Positions 40,885 to 50,742 are shown, numbered from the stretch's first letter. The stretch is DNA of 64,000 nt from an uncultured Ileibacterium sp. (GCA_902488835.1 CABTXQ010000001.1:7607-71606), one strand, 5' to 3'. Notes: generated by a model not told the origin, from the letters alone. Program-made: numbers and translations.

Positions 40885-42090
40885 ATGACTAAAGAAATTA
40901 TCATAATTTTTAATAACATTGCAAATTTTAATAAAGAACAATATATTATGCTTTTTATATCAATAATAATTGCTTATGTTATAGGTAGTATATCTCCAGC
41001 AATGATAATTTCTAAATTGAATGGAATTGATATAAGAAAAGAAGGAAGCGGTAATGCGGGAACAACAAATGTTCTTAGGGTAATAGGTCCAAAGGCTGCC
41101 GTTATAACCTTAATTTTTGATATATTAAAGGGAATCATAGCCGTTAAGATTGGTATAGGACTAATAAATTTTAGCGGAGCCACACTATGTGCAATTTTTG
41201 TTGTTATCGGACATATCTTTCCGGTTTTTTATAAATTTAGGGGAGGAAAAGGAGTTGCTACTGCATTTGGTGCTGTGCTTATGATAAATTGGCCTTCAGC
41301 CTTTGCCGCTTTAATACTTGTAATTATTGTCGTTGCTATTTCAAAAAAAATGTCTCTAGGCTCAATAATAGGGGCCATATCCTACCCAATATTTACATTG
41401 TATTATTTTCCGAAATTTTTTATTTTTGCTGTATGTCTTGCATTGATATTAATTATTAAACATACCGCCAATATAAAGAGACTTTTGAATAAAGAGGAAA
41501 GTACTATAAAAATTTCTGAAAAAAAAATAAAAAAAGAAGTTTCATTAAAACCAAAAGACAAGAGGAATGTTTCATTCATAGGGATGAACCGATTATTGAC
41601 ATCAGTTGCAAATGTTGCAAAACGAAATGGACATAATGTTATGATGTGGAGCGATGATCAACTTTTGGTTAATAATACGAGAGAAAATAATATCAATGAA
41701 GAAGCATTCCCTGATTTTCAGCTTGAGCAAAAGATACAATACACTCATCACATAATGACAGCTGCAAATAGACGGCATATGATTGTTGTAAATGGTGATT
41801 TTAAAACAGTAAGTTTACAGCTTCAAAAAATTGCAAAGAAGGCAAATAAAAACACATTAATTGTAAATCTATTATCAAGTGAATCTAATAATGCAAATAT
41901 AAATAAAGAAGAAGTTATATCAATTATGAATGAAAATCCTTATGCTGAGTTATATATTTACTCTTTGCCGGAGGACATAATTATGAATAAGGATGTTAAA
42001 TTCATAGTAAAATCTAGCGATAATACAAATGTTGACGAAATAAAACATGTGTTCAGCAATGAAAATATTAATGTTGAGGTAAAAAAATAG
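40885..42090 (+). CDS. plsY: Glycerol-3-phosphate acyltransferase PlsY fused to a degenerate GpsA-like N-terminal domain
   Basis: AYVIGSI, DIRKEGSGNAGTTNVLR, GHIFPV, FRGGKGVAT, KHTANIKRL, followed by about 175 extra aa resembling the GpsA Rossmann domain. Confidence 0.9.
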   Translation: MTKEIIIIFNNIANFNKEQYIMLFISIIIAYVIGSISPAMIISKLNGIDIRKEGSGNAGTTNVLRVIGPKAAVITLIFDILKGIIAVKIGIGLINFSGATLCAIFVVIGHIFPVFYKFRGGKGVATAFGAVLMINWPSAFAALILVIIVVAISKKMSLGSIIGAISYPIFTLYYFPKFFIFAVCLALILIIKHTANIKRLLNKEESTIKISEKKIKKEVSLKPKDKRNVSFIGMNRLLTSVANVAKRNGHNVMMWSDDQLLVNNTRENNINEEAFPDFQLEQKIQYTHHIMTAANRRHMIVVNGDFKTVSLQLQKIAKKANKNTLIVNLLSSESNNANINKEEVISIMNENPYAELYIYSLPEDIIMNKDVKFIVKSSDNTNVDEIKHVFSNENINVEVKK

Positions 42091-42091
42091 T

Positions 42092-43411
42092 ATGAAAAAA
42101 TATAATATAATTACCTTCGGCTGTCAAATGAATGAACACGATTCAGAAAATATTGCGGGGATGCTTGAATCAATGGATTTTGAACATATTCAAGACCCAT
42201 ACAAGGCTGACATAGTTGTAATGAATACATGTAGCGTAAGAGAGCATGCAGACAAGAGATTTCTCGGTATGCTAGGCCAATTTAAGAATTTAAAGAATAA
42301 TAATCCTGATTTTATAATTTGTATTTGCGGATGCATGGCACAACAGGAAAGAATAGTTCAAGAAATAAAGAGAAGTTTCTCTTGGGTGGATATTATATTC
42401 GGACCACATACAATTGGATATTTCCCGGAACTTTTAAGAGAGAGAATAAGGACTGGGAAAAAACAGATTTATGTACTAAAAGACAGCAATGAAATTCCAA
42501 TCTTTAATACTACAAAAAGACTTTACAAGCATAAGGCCCTTATAAACATAACATATGGATGCAATAATTTTTGCACATATTGTATTGTCCCTTATACGAG
42601 GGGTAGGGAAAAGAGTAGATCCCTTTCCAATGTTATATCAGAGATCAATAGACTTGCTGATGAAGGGGTAATAGAGGTGATGCTTCTTGGACAAAATGTT
42701 AATTCCTTTATAGATAAAGATGGCAATGATTTTTCAGATCTTATTAAAAAAATTAATGAAATTAAAGGGATTGAACGAATACGTTTTATGACGTCGCATC
42801 CGAAAGATATATCTGATAAGTTGATTGACTGCTATAGAGACTGTGAAAAATTATCAAATCACATACACCTTCCGGTACAATCGGGTAATAACAACGTGCT
42901 TAGAAGAATGAATAGGCACTATACTGCTGATAAATATAAGGAAATAATATGTAAACTTAGGAAGGTATCACCAGATATTTCAATAACAACAGATATTATT
43001 ACGGGATTTCCAGGAGAAAGTGAAGAAGAATTTCAGGATACATTAAATCTAGTAAGAGAAATTCAATTTGATAACGCATTTACCTTCATTTATTCAAAAA
43101 GGCCTGGAACGCCAGCTTCAAATTTTGAGGATCAGATTCCATATGAAATAAAACACAAGCGCTTTGAACGTCTTTTAGAGGTTGTAAATGAATCTGCACT
43201 CAAAAAAAATAAAATGATTGAAAACAAAACAGTTGACGTTCTTGTCGATAAAAAAAGTCCAAAAAATGAAAATGCTTGGTCAGGAAGGACCGATGATTTC
43301 AGGTTAGTTAATTTTTTAAGTAAAAGAAATATTGATTTAACTGGAGAAATTATTCCTGTAAAAATCAATGAGGCAAAGACCTTTAGCCTTGATGGAATAG
43401 AAATAGGCTAA
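42092..43411 (+). CDS. miaB: tRNA 2-methylthio-N6-dimethylallyladenosine synthase MiaB
   Basis: TFGCQMNEHDSE, NTCSVRE, GCNNFCTYCIVPYTRGRE, RIRFMTSHP, TRAM domain. Confidence 0.96.
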   Translation: MKKYNIITFGCQMNEHDSENIAGMLESMDFEHIQDPYKADIVVMNTCSVREHADKRFLGMLGQFKNLKNNNPDFIICICGCMAQQERIVQEIKRSFSWVDIIFGPHTIGYFPELLRERIRTGKKQIYVLKDSNEIPIFNTTKRLYKHKALINITYGCNNFCTYCIVPYTRGREKSRSLSNVISEINRLADEGVIEVMLLGQNVNSFIDKDGNDFSDLIKKINEIKGIERIRFMTSHPKDISDKLIDCYRDCEKLSNHIHLPVQSGNNNVLRRMNRHYTADKYKEIICKLRKVSPDISITTDIITGFPGESEEEFQDTLNLVREIQFDNAFTFIYSKRPGTPASNFEDQIPYEIKHKRFERLLEVVNESALKKNKMIENKTVDVLVDKKSPKNENAWSGRTDDFRLVNFLSKRNIDLTGEIIPVKINEAKTFSLDGIEIG

Positions 43412-43424
43412 AAGGAGACAATAT

Positions 43425-44153
43425 ATGAATAAAACTTTTCGTTATTTACCTTTTGTAATACTGGCAATACTACTTATACAAAATTTTAACAATGGATTAT
43501 TAAATGATCCAAAATCATATTTTTCGAATATGATTTTACTTTTGCCAGGAATAATAATAGGAATTACTTTTCACGAATTTGCTCACGCTTTTGTATCTTC
43601 AAAACTTGGTGACCCAACACCTGGTGAACAGGGAAGAATTACATTAAATCCTGCTGCACATATTGATATATACGGACTTATTACACTTATATTTTGTGGA
43701 TTTGGTTGGGGTAAACCAGTCCAGATAGATAACAGATATTACAAGTCAAAAAGAAGAGATGAGTTATGTGTTTCGCTTGCCGGAATTGTTATGAATTTGC
43801 TATTGGCATTTATTTTTTCACTAATACTTAGGTTTTGGTTTACGTTTTACAATGATTCTGCAATTAATCCAGATTCTTTTCAAGGAATCATAACTACAAT
43901 CATTATTGATATTATATCGATAAACGTGGTGTTGGCAGTTTTTAATCTGATTCCTGTACCGCCACTTGACGGTTTTGCAATAATTAACAATCTGTTTAAT
44001 CTCGAAAAATTTAATTGGTACCATTCTTTATACAGTAATGGATTTATAATTTTATTGTTATTACTTGTTACCGGTGTTATAACCATGATAATGACACCTA
44101 TTACTAAATGGTTAAATTATTTATTTCTTTTTAAGATTTCTGCCGGTATGTAG
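43425..44153 (+). CDS. Site-2 protease (M50) family protein
   Basis: HEFAH, LGDPTP, FGWGKPV, FNLIPVPPLDG. Confidence 0.93.
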   Translation: MNKTFRYLPFVILAILLIQNFNNGLLNDPKSYFSNMILLLPGIIIGITFHEFAHAFVSSKLGDPTPGEQGRITLNPAAHIDIYGLITLIFCGFGWGKPVQIDNRYYKSKRRDELCVSLAGIVMNLLLAFIFSLILRFWFTFYNDSAINPDSFQGIITTIIIDIISINVVLAVFNLIPVPPLDGFAIINNLFNLEKFNWYHSLYSNGFIILLLLLVTGVITMIMTPITKWLNYLFLFKISAGM

Positions 44154-44174
44154 TAAATGAATATGGGAGGGAAT

Positions 44175-45494
44175 ATGAACGAAAAGAAACCTAATGTAAA
44201 AGCACTACTGCCAATACTGATTTTCCTGATAATTTATCTTGGAAATGGTATATATTTTGAATACATTAAGCCAGTAGAGGGACAGATGGGATTTTACATA
44301 ATGTCTGTAGTAGTGGCATTTGTTATTGCTTTAGTTGTAGCGCTTATTCAAAATAGAAAATTGTCATTTGAAGACAAGATACATATTTGTGCCAAGGGAA
44401 TAGGTGATAATAATATTACAATAATGCTCTTTATTTTCCTTGTTGCAGGAGCTTTTAGCGGAATCGCAAGTGCTGCAGGTGGAGCAGAAAGTACTGCAAA
44501 CATGCTTTTAAATATTATTCCTCCTCAGTTTGCTATTCCTGGTTTATTTTTAATTGCTTGTCTTATATCAATGGCAATGGGTACAAGTGTAGGTACTATT
44601 TCGGTTATTGTCCCTATTGCAGTAAATGTATCATTGTCTGCTGATCTAAACATGGCTATGTGTGTAGCAACTGTAGTAGGCGGAGCCATGTTTGGAGATA
44701 ATTTAAGTTTTGTATCGGATACGACGATTGCAGCAACTAATACACAAGGTGTAGAAATGAAGGATAAATTTAAGACAAATGTAAAGGTTGCAATTCCAGC
44801 TGCAATATTAACATTGATTATTTTGATTTTTACATCACTTGGTGGAAAATCTGTTCCAATTCAACATTATGAGTTTAATGTATGGCAGGCAATTCCATAT
44901 TTTTTAGTATTAATTGCTGCTATAATAGGTATTAATGTCTTTACTGTTTTATGCTCAGGAACTGTCTTATTCTTTATTGTAGGTCTTTCTACCGGATCCT
45001 TATCTGTGCACAAAGGGTTTATGGCTATGGGAGATGGAACATCAGGAATGTTTGAAACAATGATTGTAACCATACTTGTTGCTTCAATAGGAGCATTGAT
45101 GAGAGAAAATGGTGGCTTTGCAGCGATACTTAAATTTATAAGAAAATATTTTCATGGCCAAAAAGGTGGAAAGTTTGGAATTGGAATTTTAACAATGCTT
45201 ATGGATATTGCAACCGCTAATAATACCGTTGCAATAGTGCTTGCTGCACCTATAGCTACAGAAATAAGAGAGGATTACAATATTGACCCTAAAGAAACGG
45301 CATCACTTCTAGATACATTTTCATGTATCGCACAGGGTATAATTCCATATGGAGCTCAGCTTCTTATTGCTGCCGGGCTTACTGATGGGGCTCTTACATC
45401 ACTTAATATCATTCCATATTTATATTATCAATTCCTATTATTGATATGTGTATCGATATCGATAATCATAAAAAAGAAGCCTACACAAAATTAA
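44175..45494 (+). CDS. NhaC family transporter (possibly amino-acid, MetT-like)
   Basis: MGTSVGTI, GGAMFGDNLSFVSDTTIAA, ANNTVAI, ASLLD, IPYGAQLL; GGAGG RBS before ATG 44175. Confidence 0.85.
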   Translation: MNEKKPNVKALLPILIFLIIYLGNGIYFEYIKPVEGQMGFYIMSVVVAFVIALVVALIQNRKLSFEDKIHICAKGIGDNNITIMLFIFLVAGAFSGIASAAGGAESTANMLLNIIPPQFAIPGLFLIACLISMAMGTSVGTISVIVPIAVNVSLSADLNMAMCVATVVGGAMFGDNLSFVSDTTIAATNTQGVEMKDKFKTNVKVAIPAAILTLIILIFTSLGGKSVPIQHYEFNVWQAIPYFLVLIAAIIGINVFTVLCSGTVLFFIVGLSTGSLSVHKGFMAMGDGTSGMFETMIVTILVASIGALMRENGGFAAILKFIRKYFHGQKGGKFGIGILTMLMDIATANNTVAIVLAAPIATEIREDYNIDPKETASLLDTFSCIAQGIIPYGAQLLIAAGLTDGALTSLNIIPYLYYQFLLLICVSISIIIKKKPTQN

Positions 45495-45495
45495 T

Positions 45496-45545
45496 ACTAA
45501 AATAATAAAAGTCTGCAGAAAACTGCAGACTTTTATTATTTTAGT
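45496..45545 (+). terminator. Long perfect hairpin terminator after the NhaC gene
   Basis: ACTAAAATAATAAAAGTCTGCAG-aaaa-CTGCAGACTTTTATTATTTTAGT (23-bp inverted repeat). Confidence 0.85.
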
Positions 45546-45573
45546 TGACTATATACAGAATTGGTTGTATAAT
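45545..45573 (+). promoter_or_regulatory. Orphan near-consensus sigma-A promoter
   Basis: TTGACT-N17-TATAAT with no downstream + strand gene before the next terminator. Confidence 0.7.
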
Positions 45574-45579
45574 CAAGAA

Positions 45580-45705
45580 GCGTTAGGCATCAAAAAAACT
45601 AACGATAATAGTACTATCTTAAATTAATAAAAGAACTTTAAATATTATCCTTAATAATTTTTTCTATAAAAACAGCCTGAAGCAAAACTTCAAGCTGTTT
45701 TTATA
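45580..45705 (+). ncRNA. Candidate small RNA (~125 nt)
   Basis: Lies between the promoter above and a terminator; hairpins CGTTAG/CTAACG and GATAATA/TATTATC; no ATG or RBS. Confidence 0.45.
45665..45705. terminator. Bidirectional intrinsic terminator (sstT and candidate sRNA)
   Basis: TATAAAAACAGCcTGAAG-caaaa-CTTCAaGCTGTTTTTATA. Confidence 0.8.
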
Positions 45706-45730
45706 ATGGTCTATTTAATTAATATATAGC

Positions 45731-46963
45731 TTATATGTTAAGCTTCTTATCTATACCAAGCTTTCTGTTATTATATAGTTCTGCAGTTGCCGTAAATAAA
45801 ACATCTGATGATGAATTAAGTGCAGTCTCACAAGAATCCTGTATAACACCACATATGAATCCTACGCCTACTACTTGCATTGATATGTCTGCAGGAAGAC
45901 CGAATAGTGAACATGCAAGAGGTATTAACAATAATGAACCTCCGGCTACACCAGATGCACCTGCAGCACTTACTGTGGTAAGAAAAACCAATAATACTGC
46001 TGAAGGAATATCAACATTTACTCCCATTGTATTACATGCTGCAAGTGCCATAATTGCTATAGTAATTGCGGCACCTGACATATTAATAGTTGCTCCTAAA
46101 GGTATTGAAATAGGATATGTATCATTATCAAGGCCAAGATCCTTGCAAAGCTCAAGATTTACAGGAATATTTGCAGCAGAACTTCTTGTGAAGAATGCTG
46201 TAACACCACTTCTCATTATTGTTTTGAATACTAGTGGATAAGGATTTATTCTCGTTGCAATAAATACAATCAATGGATTAATAATGAGAGCCATTACAGC
46301 CATTGTACATACTAGCAATAAGATAAGTGAGGCATATCTTTTTAGAGCACCTATCCCATTTGTTGATATTGAATTAAATACAAGTCCCATAACACCGAGT
46401 GGGGCAAATCTAATTACCCAGCGTACACACATTGTTATTGCATCTGAAAATTCAACTATAATATTTTTTGTAGCATCAGTTGCTGGTCTTAATGCAATTC
46501 CGATTATCAAAGCCCAAACCAAAACTCCTAAAAAATTAGCATTACTTATTGCAGTTATTGGGTTATCAACCATATTGAAAAGGACGGTTTTTAATACAGA
46601 AACTATGCCATCAGGCGGTGTTATCTTTTCTGCAGTATCTACAAGCAGTAATGTTTGAGGAAATAAAAAACTTGCAACAACAGCTGTTAATCCGGCAGAA
46701 AGTGTACCTACGATATAAAGGATAATTACAGTTTTCATATTTGTCTTAGTGCCTGTTTTATGTTTGGCAATGGCTGCCATAACAAGAATAAAAACCATCA
46801 AAGGAGCTATAGCCTTTAATGCACCTACAAAAAGTTCGCCAAAGATTGATAAAAACGATAGCTGCTTAGGAAAAGAAACTGCACATATTATTCCTATAAC
46901 GAGACCTATAGCTATTTGCACTATCAAACTCAATTTGTTCCATGCTTTAAATATAGATTTCAT
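45731..46963 (-). CDS. sstT: Serine/threonine transporter SstT (DAACS family)
   Basis: FVGALKAIAP, NMVDNP, TAFFTRSSAANIPVN, PLGATINMSGAA, GVAGGSLLLIPLACSLFG, QDSCETALNSS. Confidence 0.95.
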   Translation of the reverse strand: MKSIFKAWNKLSLIVQIAIGLVIGIICAVSFPKQLSFLSIFGELFVGALKAIAPLMVFILVMAAIAKHKTGTKTNMKTVIILYIVGTLSAGLTAVVASFLFPQTLLLVDTAEKITPPDGIVSVLKTVLFNMVDNPITAISNANFLGVLVWALIIGIALRPATDATKNIIVEFSDAITMCVRWVIRFAPLGVMGLVFNSISTNGIGALKRYASLILLLVCTMAVMALIINPLIVFIATRINPYPLVFKTIMRSGVTAFFTRSSAANIPVNLELCKDLGLDNDTYPISIPLGATINMSGAAITIAIMALAACNTMGVNVDIPSAVLLVFLTTVSAAGASGVAGGSLLLIPLACSLFGLPADISMQVVGVGFICGVIQDSCETALNSSSDVLFTATAELYNNRKLGIDKKLNI

Positions 46964-47166
46964 AAAACCCTCCACATAATTATTTTAATAAAATGCAATA
47001 ATATATGAAATAATCTATCACATATATATCGCATATCATTCACATGGAAAATATTTTACAACATTAATTATCATATAGCAACACAAAAAATATAATGAAT
47101 ATTTGTTATAAAAAATCAATGATAATAAATAGAATTTAATATAACACAAAAACATCACAATAGTTG

Positions 47167-47193
47167 TTAGCACTCTACACAATAGAGTGCTAA
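47167..47193 (+). promoter_or_regulatory. CIRCE element (HrcA operator)
   Basis: Perfect TTAGCACTC-N9-GAGTGCTAA, overlapping a possible TAGCAC-N17-TAAAAT promoter. Confidence 0.95.
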
Positions 47194-47251
47194 AATGTAA
47201 TCGGACTAAAGAAGATTTATGTATAAACTTTACTAATTGCGAGGTGATATC

Positions 47252-49786
47252 ATGAATATAGATAAATATACGAATAAAATGCAGCAGGCGTTGATGGATT
47301 GTCAAAGTTTGGTTAATTCTCTTAATCAGCAAGAGATTACTACCGATCATTTTCATTATGTTATAATCACCGATAGTGATGGTCTCATTCCAAGGCTACT
47401 TACCGCTATGAACGTTAATTTGCAATCTTATAGGGAAGAACTTAGAAGTGTTATTGATAAGAAACCATCAGTTACTGGAAACTCGTCCCAGATATATATA
47501 TCAGGAGACTTAAATAATGTTTTGATAAAATCTGAGAATATAGCTAAGGAGTTTAAGGATGAATATGTAAGTGTTGAACATGCATATTTAGCGATTCTTG
47601 ATAACAATAAGGCTGATTCTTCAAGATTGATAGAAAAATATGGTATTTCAAAAGATGAATTTATGAAGGCGCTAAAAATGGTAAGAGGAAATCAAAAGAT
47701 AAATAATCAAAATCCAGAAGATACATATGATGCTCTAAATAAATATGGAATTGATCTTGTTGAAGCAGCAAAAGATGGAAGAATTGATCCTGTAATTGGT
47801 AGGGATAAAGAAATTAGAAGATCAATTGAAATTCTATCAAGAAGAACAAAGAATAATCCTGTTCTTATTGGAGAACCTGGCGTGGGAAAGACTGCAGTAG
47901 TTGAAGGGCTTGCCCAAAGAATTGTTAATGGTGATGTTCCTGAAAACCTTAAAGATAAGACAATATTTAGCTTGGATATGGGTTCATTAATAGCCGGAGC
48001 AAAATACAGAGGTGAATTTGAAGAAAGACTTAAAGCGGTTCTTAATGAAATTGATAAAAGCAACGGAAGAATAATACTTTTTATTGATGAGATCCATAAT
48101 ATCGTAGGAGCAGGGGCTTCTGAAGGATCAATGGATGCAGGAAATCTCCTTAAACCTAAATTAGCACGCGGTGAGCTTCACTGTATAGGTGCTACAACAC
48201 TTGATGAATATAGAAAATATATAGAAAAAGATGCTGCACTTGAGAGACGTTTCCAAAAAATATTGATTGATGAACCAACTGTTGAAGACACTATATCAAT
48301 TCTTAGAGGATTAAAAGAAAAGTTCGAGATACATCATGGTGTAAGGATTACAGATAATGCACTTATTGCATGTGCTGTTCTAAGCAATAGATATATTTCA
48401 GATAGATTTCTTCCTGATAAAGCTATTGACTTAATGGATGAAGCTGCTTCAAGAATAAGAACAGACATAGACAGCATGCCAGGAGAGCTCGATGAGGTTG
48501 CAAGAAAAATTATGCAGCTAAAAATTGAAAAAGAAGCACTTTCAAAAGAGGAAGATGAAGATAGTAAGATTAGGATGAAGTCAATAGAAAAAGAGCTTGC
48601 TGAACTAAGCTCTGAAAATGATTCTTTGATGGCGCAGTGGCAAAACGAGAAAAAAAGCATTCAGGAGCTTAAAGATAAGAAGAAGGATATAGAGTCAATA
48701 AAGCATCAGATGGAAGAAGCGGAAAGAAAGTATGATCTTGAAACACTCGCAAAGCTCCAATATGGAGAACTACCTAAAGCCGAAAAAGAACTTGAATCTC
48801 TAAAGTTAAAAATTGAGAAATCCAATAAAGAAGGAACTTCTATAATAAAAGAAGAGGTTTCTGAAAATGAAGTTAGAGATGTAATTTCAGACTGGACAGG
48901 GATACCAGCTTCAAGGCTTGCCCAGTCAGAACGCACAAAATTACTTAACATGCCAGACATACTGCATAGAAGAGTAATAGGTCAAGATGATGCGGTTGAT
49001 GCTGTATCTAAAGCTATTTTGAGAGCTAGAGCGGGTCTTAAAGAAGAGAATAAACCAATAGGATCCTTTATATTTTTAGGACCTACTGGCGTTGGTAAAA
49101 CAGAGCTTGCAAAAACTTTGTGTGAGACTCTTTTCGACAGCGAAAAGAATTTGATAAGACTCGATATGTCAGAATATATGGAGAAACATAGCGTTTCAAG
49201 ATTGATAGGAGCTCCTCCGGGATATGTAGGATATGAAGAAGGTGGACAACTCACGGAATCAGTTAGAAGAAAGCCATATAGCGTAATACTATTTGATGAA
49301 ATAGAGAAAGCTCATCCGGATGTATTTAATATTTTATTACAGCTATTAGATGATGGAAGGCTTACTGATAATCAAGGAAGGACAGTTGATTTTAAGAATA
49401 CTATTATCATTATGACATCAAATCTTCAAAGTGATCAGCTTAACAGCTATTTCAGACCGGAATTCCTAAACAGAGTTGATGACATAATAATATTCCATCA
49501 CCTTAATATAAATGACATCAAAAAAATTGTAGGCTTAACAATGAAGGGACTCATTTCCAAGCTATCAGACAAAAAAATAAGCCTTGATATTAGCGATAAA
49601 GCTATGGAACACATGGCAAGAGAATCTTATGATGAAGCATATGGTGCAAGACCTGTAAAAAGATATGTCCAAAGTAATTTGGAGAATGAAATTGCATCAA
49701 TGATAGTAAGAGGAGATGTTCATGAAGGGGAAACGATAAGTATTGATGAGGATGAGAATTCAAAATTGATATTTAATGTCAACTAG
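47252..49786 (+). CDS. clpB: ATP-dependent chaperone ClpB
   Basis: Clp N repeats, GEPGVGKT, long coiled-coil middle domain with LQYG, GPTGVGKTE, RLIGAPPGYVGYEEGGQL; GAGGTG RBS before ATG 47252. Confidence 0.97.
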   Translation: MNIDKYTNKMQQALMDCQSLVNSLNQQEITTDHFHYVIITDSDGLIPRLLTAMNVNLQSYREELRSVIDKKPSVTGNSSQIYISGDLNNVLIKSENIAKEFKDEYVSVEHAYLAILDNNKADSSRLIEKYGISKDEFMKALKMVRGNQKINNQNPEDTYDALNKYGIDLVEAAKDGRIDPVIGRDKEIRRSIEILSRRTKNNPVLIGEPGVGKTAVVEGLAQRIVNGDVPENLKDKTIFSLDMGSLIAGAKYRGEFEERLKAVLNEIDKSNGRIILFIDEIHNIVGAGASEGSMDAGNLLKPKLARGELHCIGATTLDEYRKYIEKDAALERRFQKILIDEPTVEDTISILRGLKEKFEIHHGVRITDNALIACAVLSNRYISDRFLPDKAIDLMDEAASRIRTDIDSMPGELDEVARKIMQLKIEKEALSKEEDEDSKIRMKSIEKELAELSSENDSLMAQWQNEKKSIQELKDKKKDIESIKHQMEEAERKYDLETLAKLQYGELPKAEKELESLKLKIEKSNKEGTSIIKEEVSENEVRDVISDWTGIPASRLAQSERTKLLNMPDILHRRVIGQDDAVDAVSKAILRARAGLKEENKPIGSFIFLGPTGVGKTELAKTLCETLFDSEKNLIRLDMSEYMEKHSVSRLIGAPPGYVGYEEGGQLTESVRRKPYSVILFDEIEKAHPDVFNILLQLLDDGRLTDNQGRTVDFKNTIIIMTSNLQSDQLNSYFRPEFLNRVDDIIIFHHLNINDIKKIVGLTMKGLISKLSDKKISLDISDKAMEHMARESYDEAYGARPVKRYVQSNLENEIASMIVRGDVHEGETISIDEDENSKLIFNVN

Positions 49787-49800
49787 TTTATAATTCATGC

Positions 49801-50742
49801 ATGAGTATTAGTAATAGTAATATTAATAAAAGTGAAGAATATTTAAGAGCAGCGAATGGCGAAGGTCAATTCTACATTAGGAAGTCTTTGGTAGATGAGC
49901 CTAAGGCAGTCGCTGTTATTTTGCATGACTTAATTTCTCATGGAGAAAGATACTGTGATTTAACAAAAAGTTTAAATGAGAATAATATAGACGTACTTAT
50001 TCCTGATATAGTTGGATTTGGCATGAGTAAGCAGGGACATCCTGGAGCTTTTGCGATGAAAAGTAAAGGAATAGATTATGTCATAGAAGACATTGAATAT
50101 GTTTTTAACTTATATGATGAGAAATATGGAAGAATACCCCATATACTGATATCTGACGGCAAAACAAATGTTATCGCATCACTATATGTGAGAACATTCG
50201 ATAATATTGATGCAATGGTGAACTTAGGATGCATGCAACATTTTAATGTAAATTCCGCAATGGTTGCAGCAGCTAAAAGCTTAGTAATAATGAAAGGATA
50301 TCATTCGGTATCAAATGCTATAATAAATATGACTGAAGCACCTGCCTTTCATGGTGTAGAAGAAGCAAACAAATATTATTGGCTAAGCAGTATTGATACG
50401 GAAATAGAAAGGTTTATCAATGATGTTGATTGTGGGATACCGATTGCTGCATCTTCATATCTTGATATTTTTGCTGCAGAAAAATATACAAGTAAATTGA
50501 AATGGCTAAGAGATTTTCCAAATATTCCAATTCTCCTTATGGCTGGATCTGATGATATTATGGGGAATTATGGAAAAGCCGCAAAAGATATGATGGAACT
50601 CTTAGAAGAGACCAATCATGATTTTTTGTTATTGAAAATATATTCAAATTGTCGTCATGACCTTCTTCATGATCGAAAAAGCGATGAAGTTATAAATGAT
50701 ATTGTTAGCTGGATAAATGTAGCGCTATGTGATGTAATATGA
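49801..50742 (+). CDS. Alpha/beta-hydrolase fold protein (lysophospholipase-like), nucleophile motif degenerate
   Basis: PKAVAVILHD..HGERY, DIVGFGMS, PILLMAGSDD, RHDLLHD; the GHSMG position reads SDGKT. Confidence 0.78.
   Translation: MSISNSNINKSEEYLRAANGEGQFYIRKSLVDEPKAVAVILHDLISHGERYCDLTKSLNENNIDVLIPDIVGFGMSKQGHPGAFAMKSKGIDYVIEDIEYVFNLYDEKYGRIPHILISDGKTNVIASLYVRTFDNIDAMVNLGCMQHFNVNSAMVAAAKSLVIMKGYHSVSNAIINMTEAPAFHGVEEANKYYWLSSIDTEIERFINDVDCGIPIAASSYLDIFAAEKYTSKLKWLRDFPNIPILLMAGSDDIMGNYGKAAKDMMELLEETNHDFLLLKIYSNCRHDLLHDRKSDEVINDIVSWINVALCDVI

Noticed and set aside
47036..47356. 106-aa minus-strand ORF between sstT and clpB
   Set aside because: It overlaps the CIRCE and the clpB start; AT-rich with no RBS or motif.
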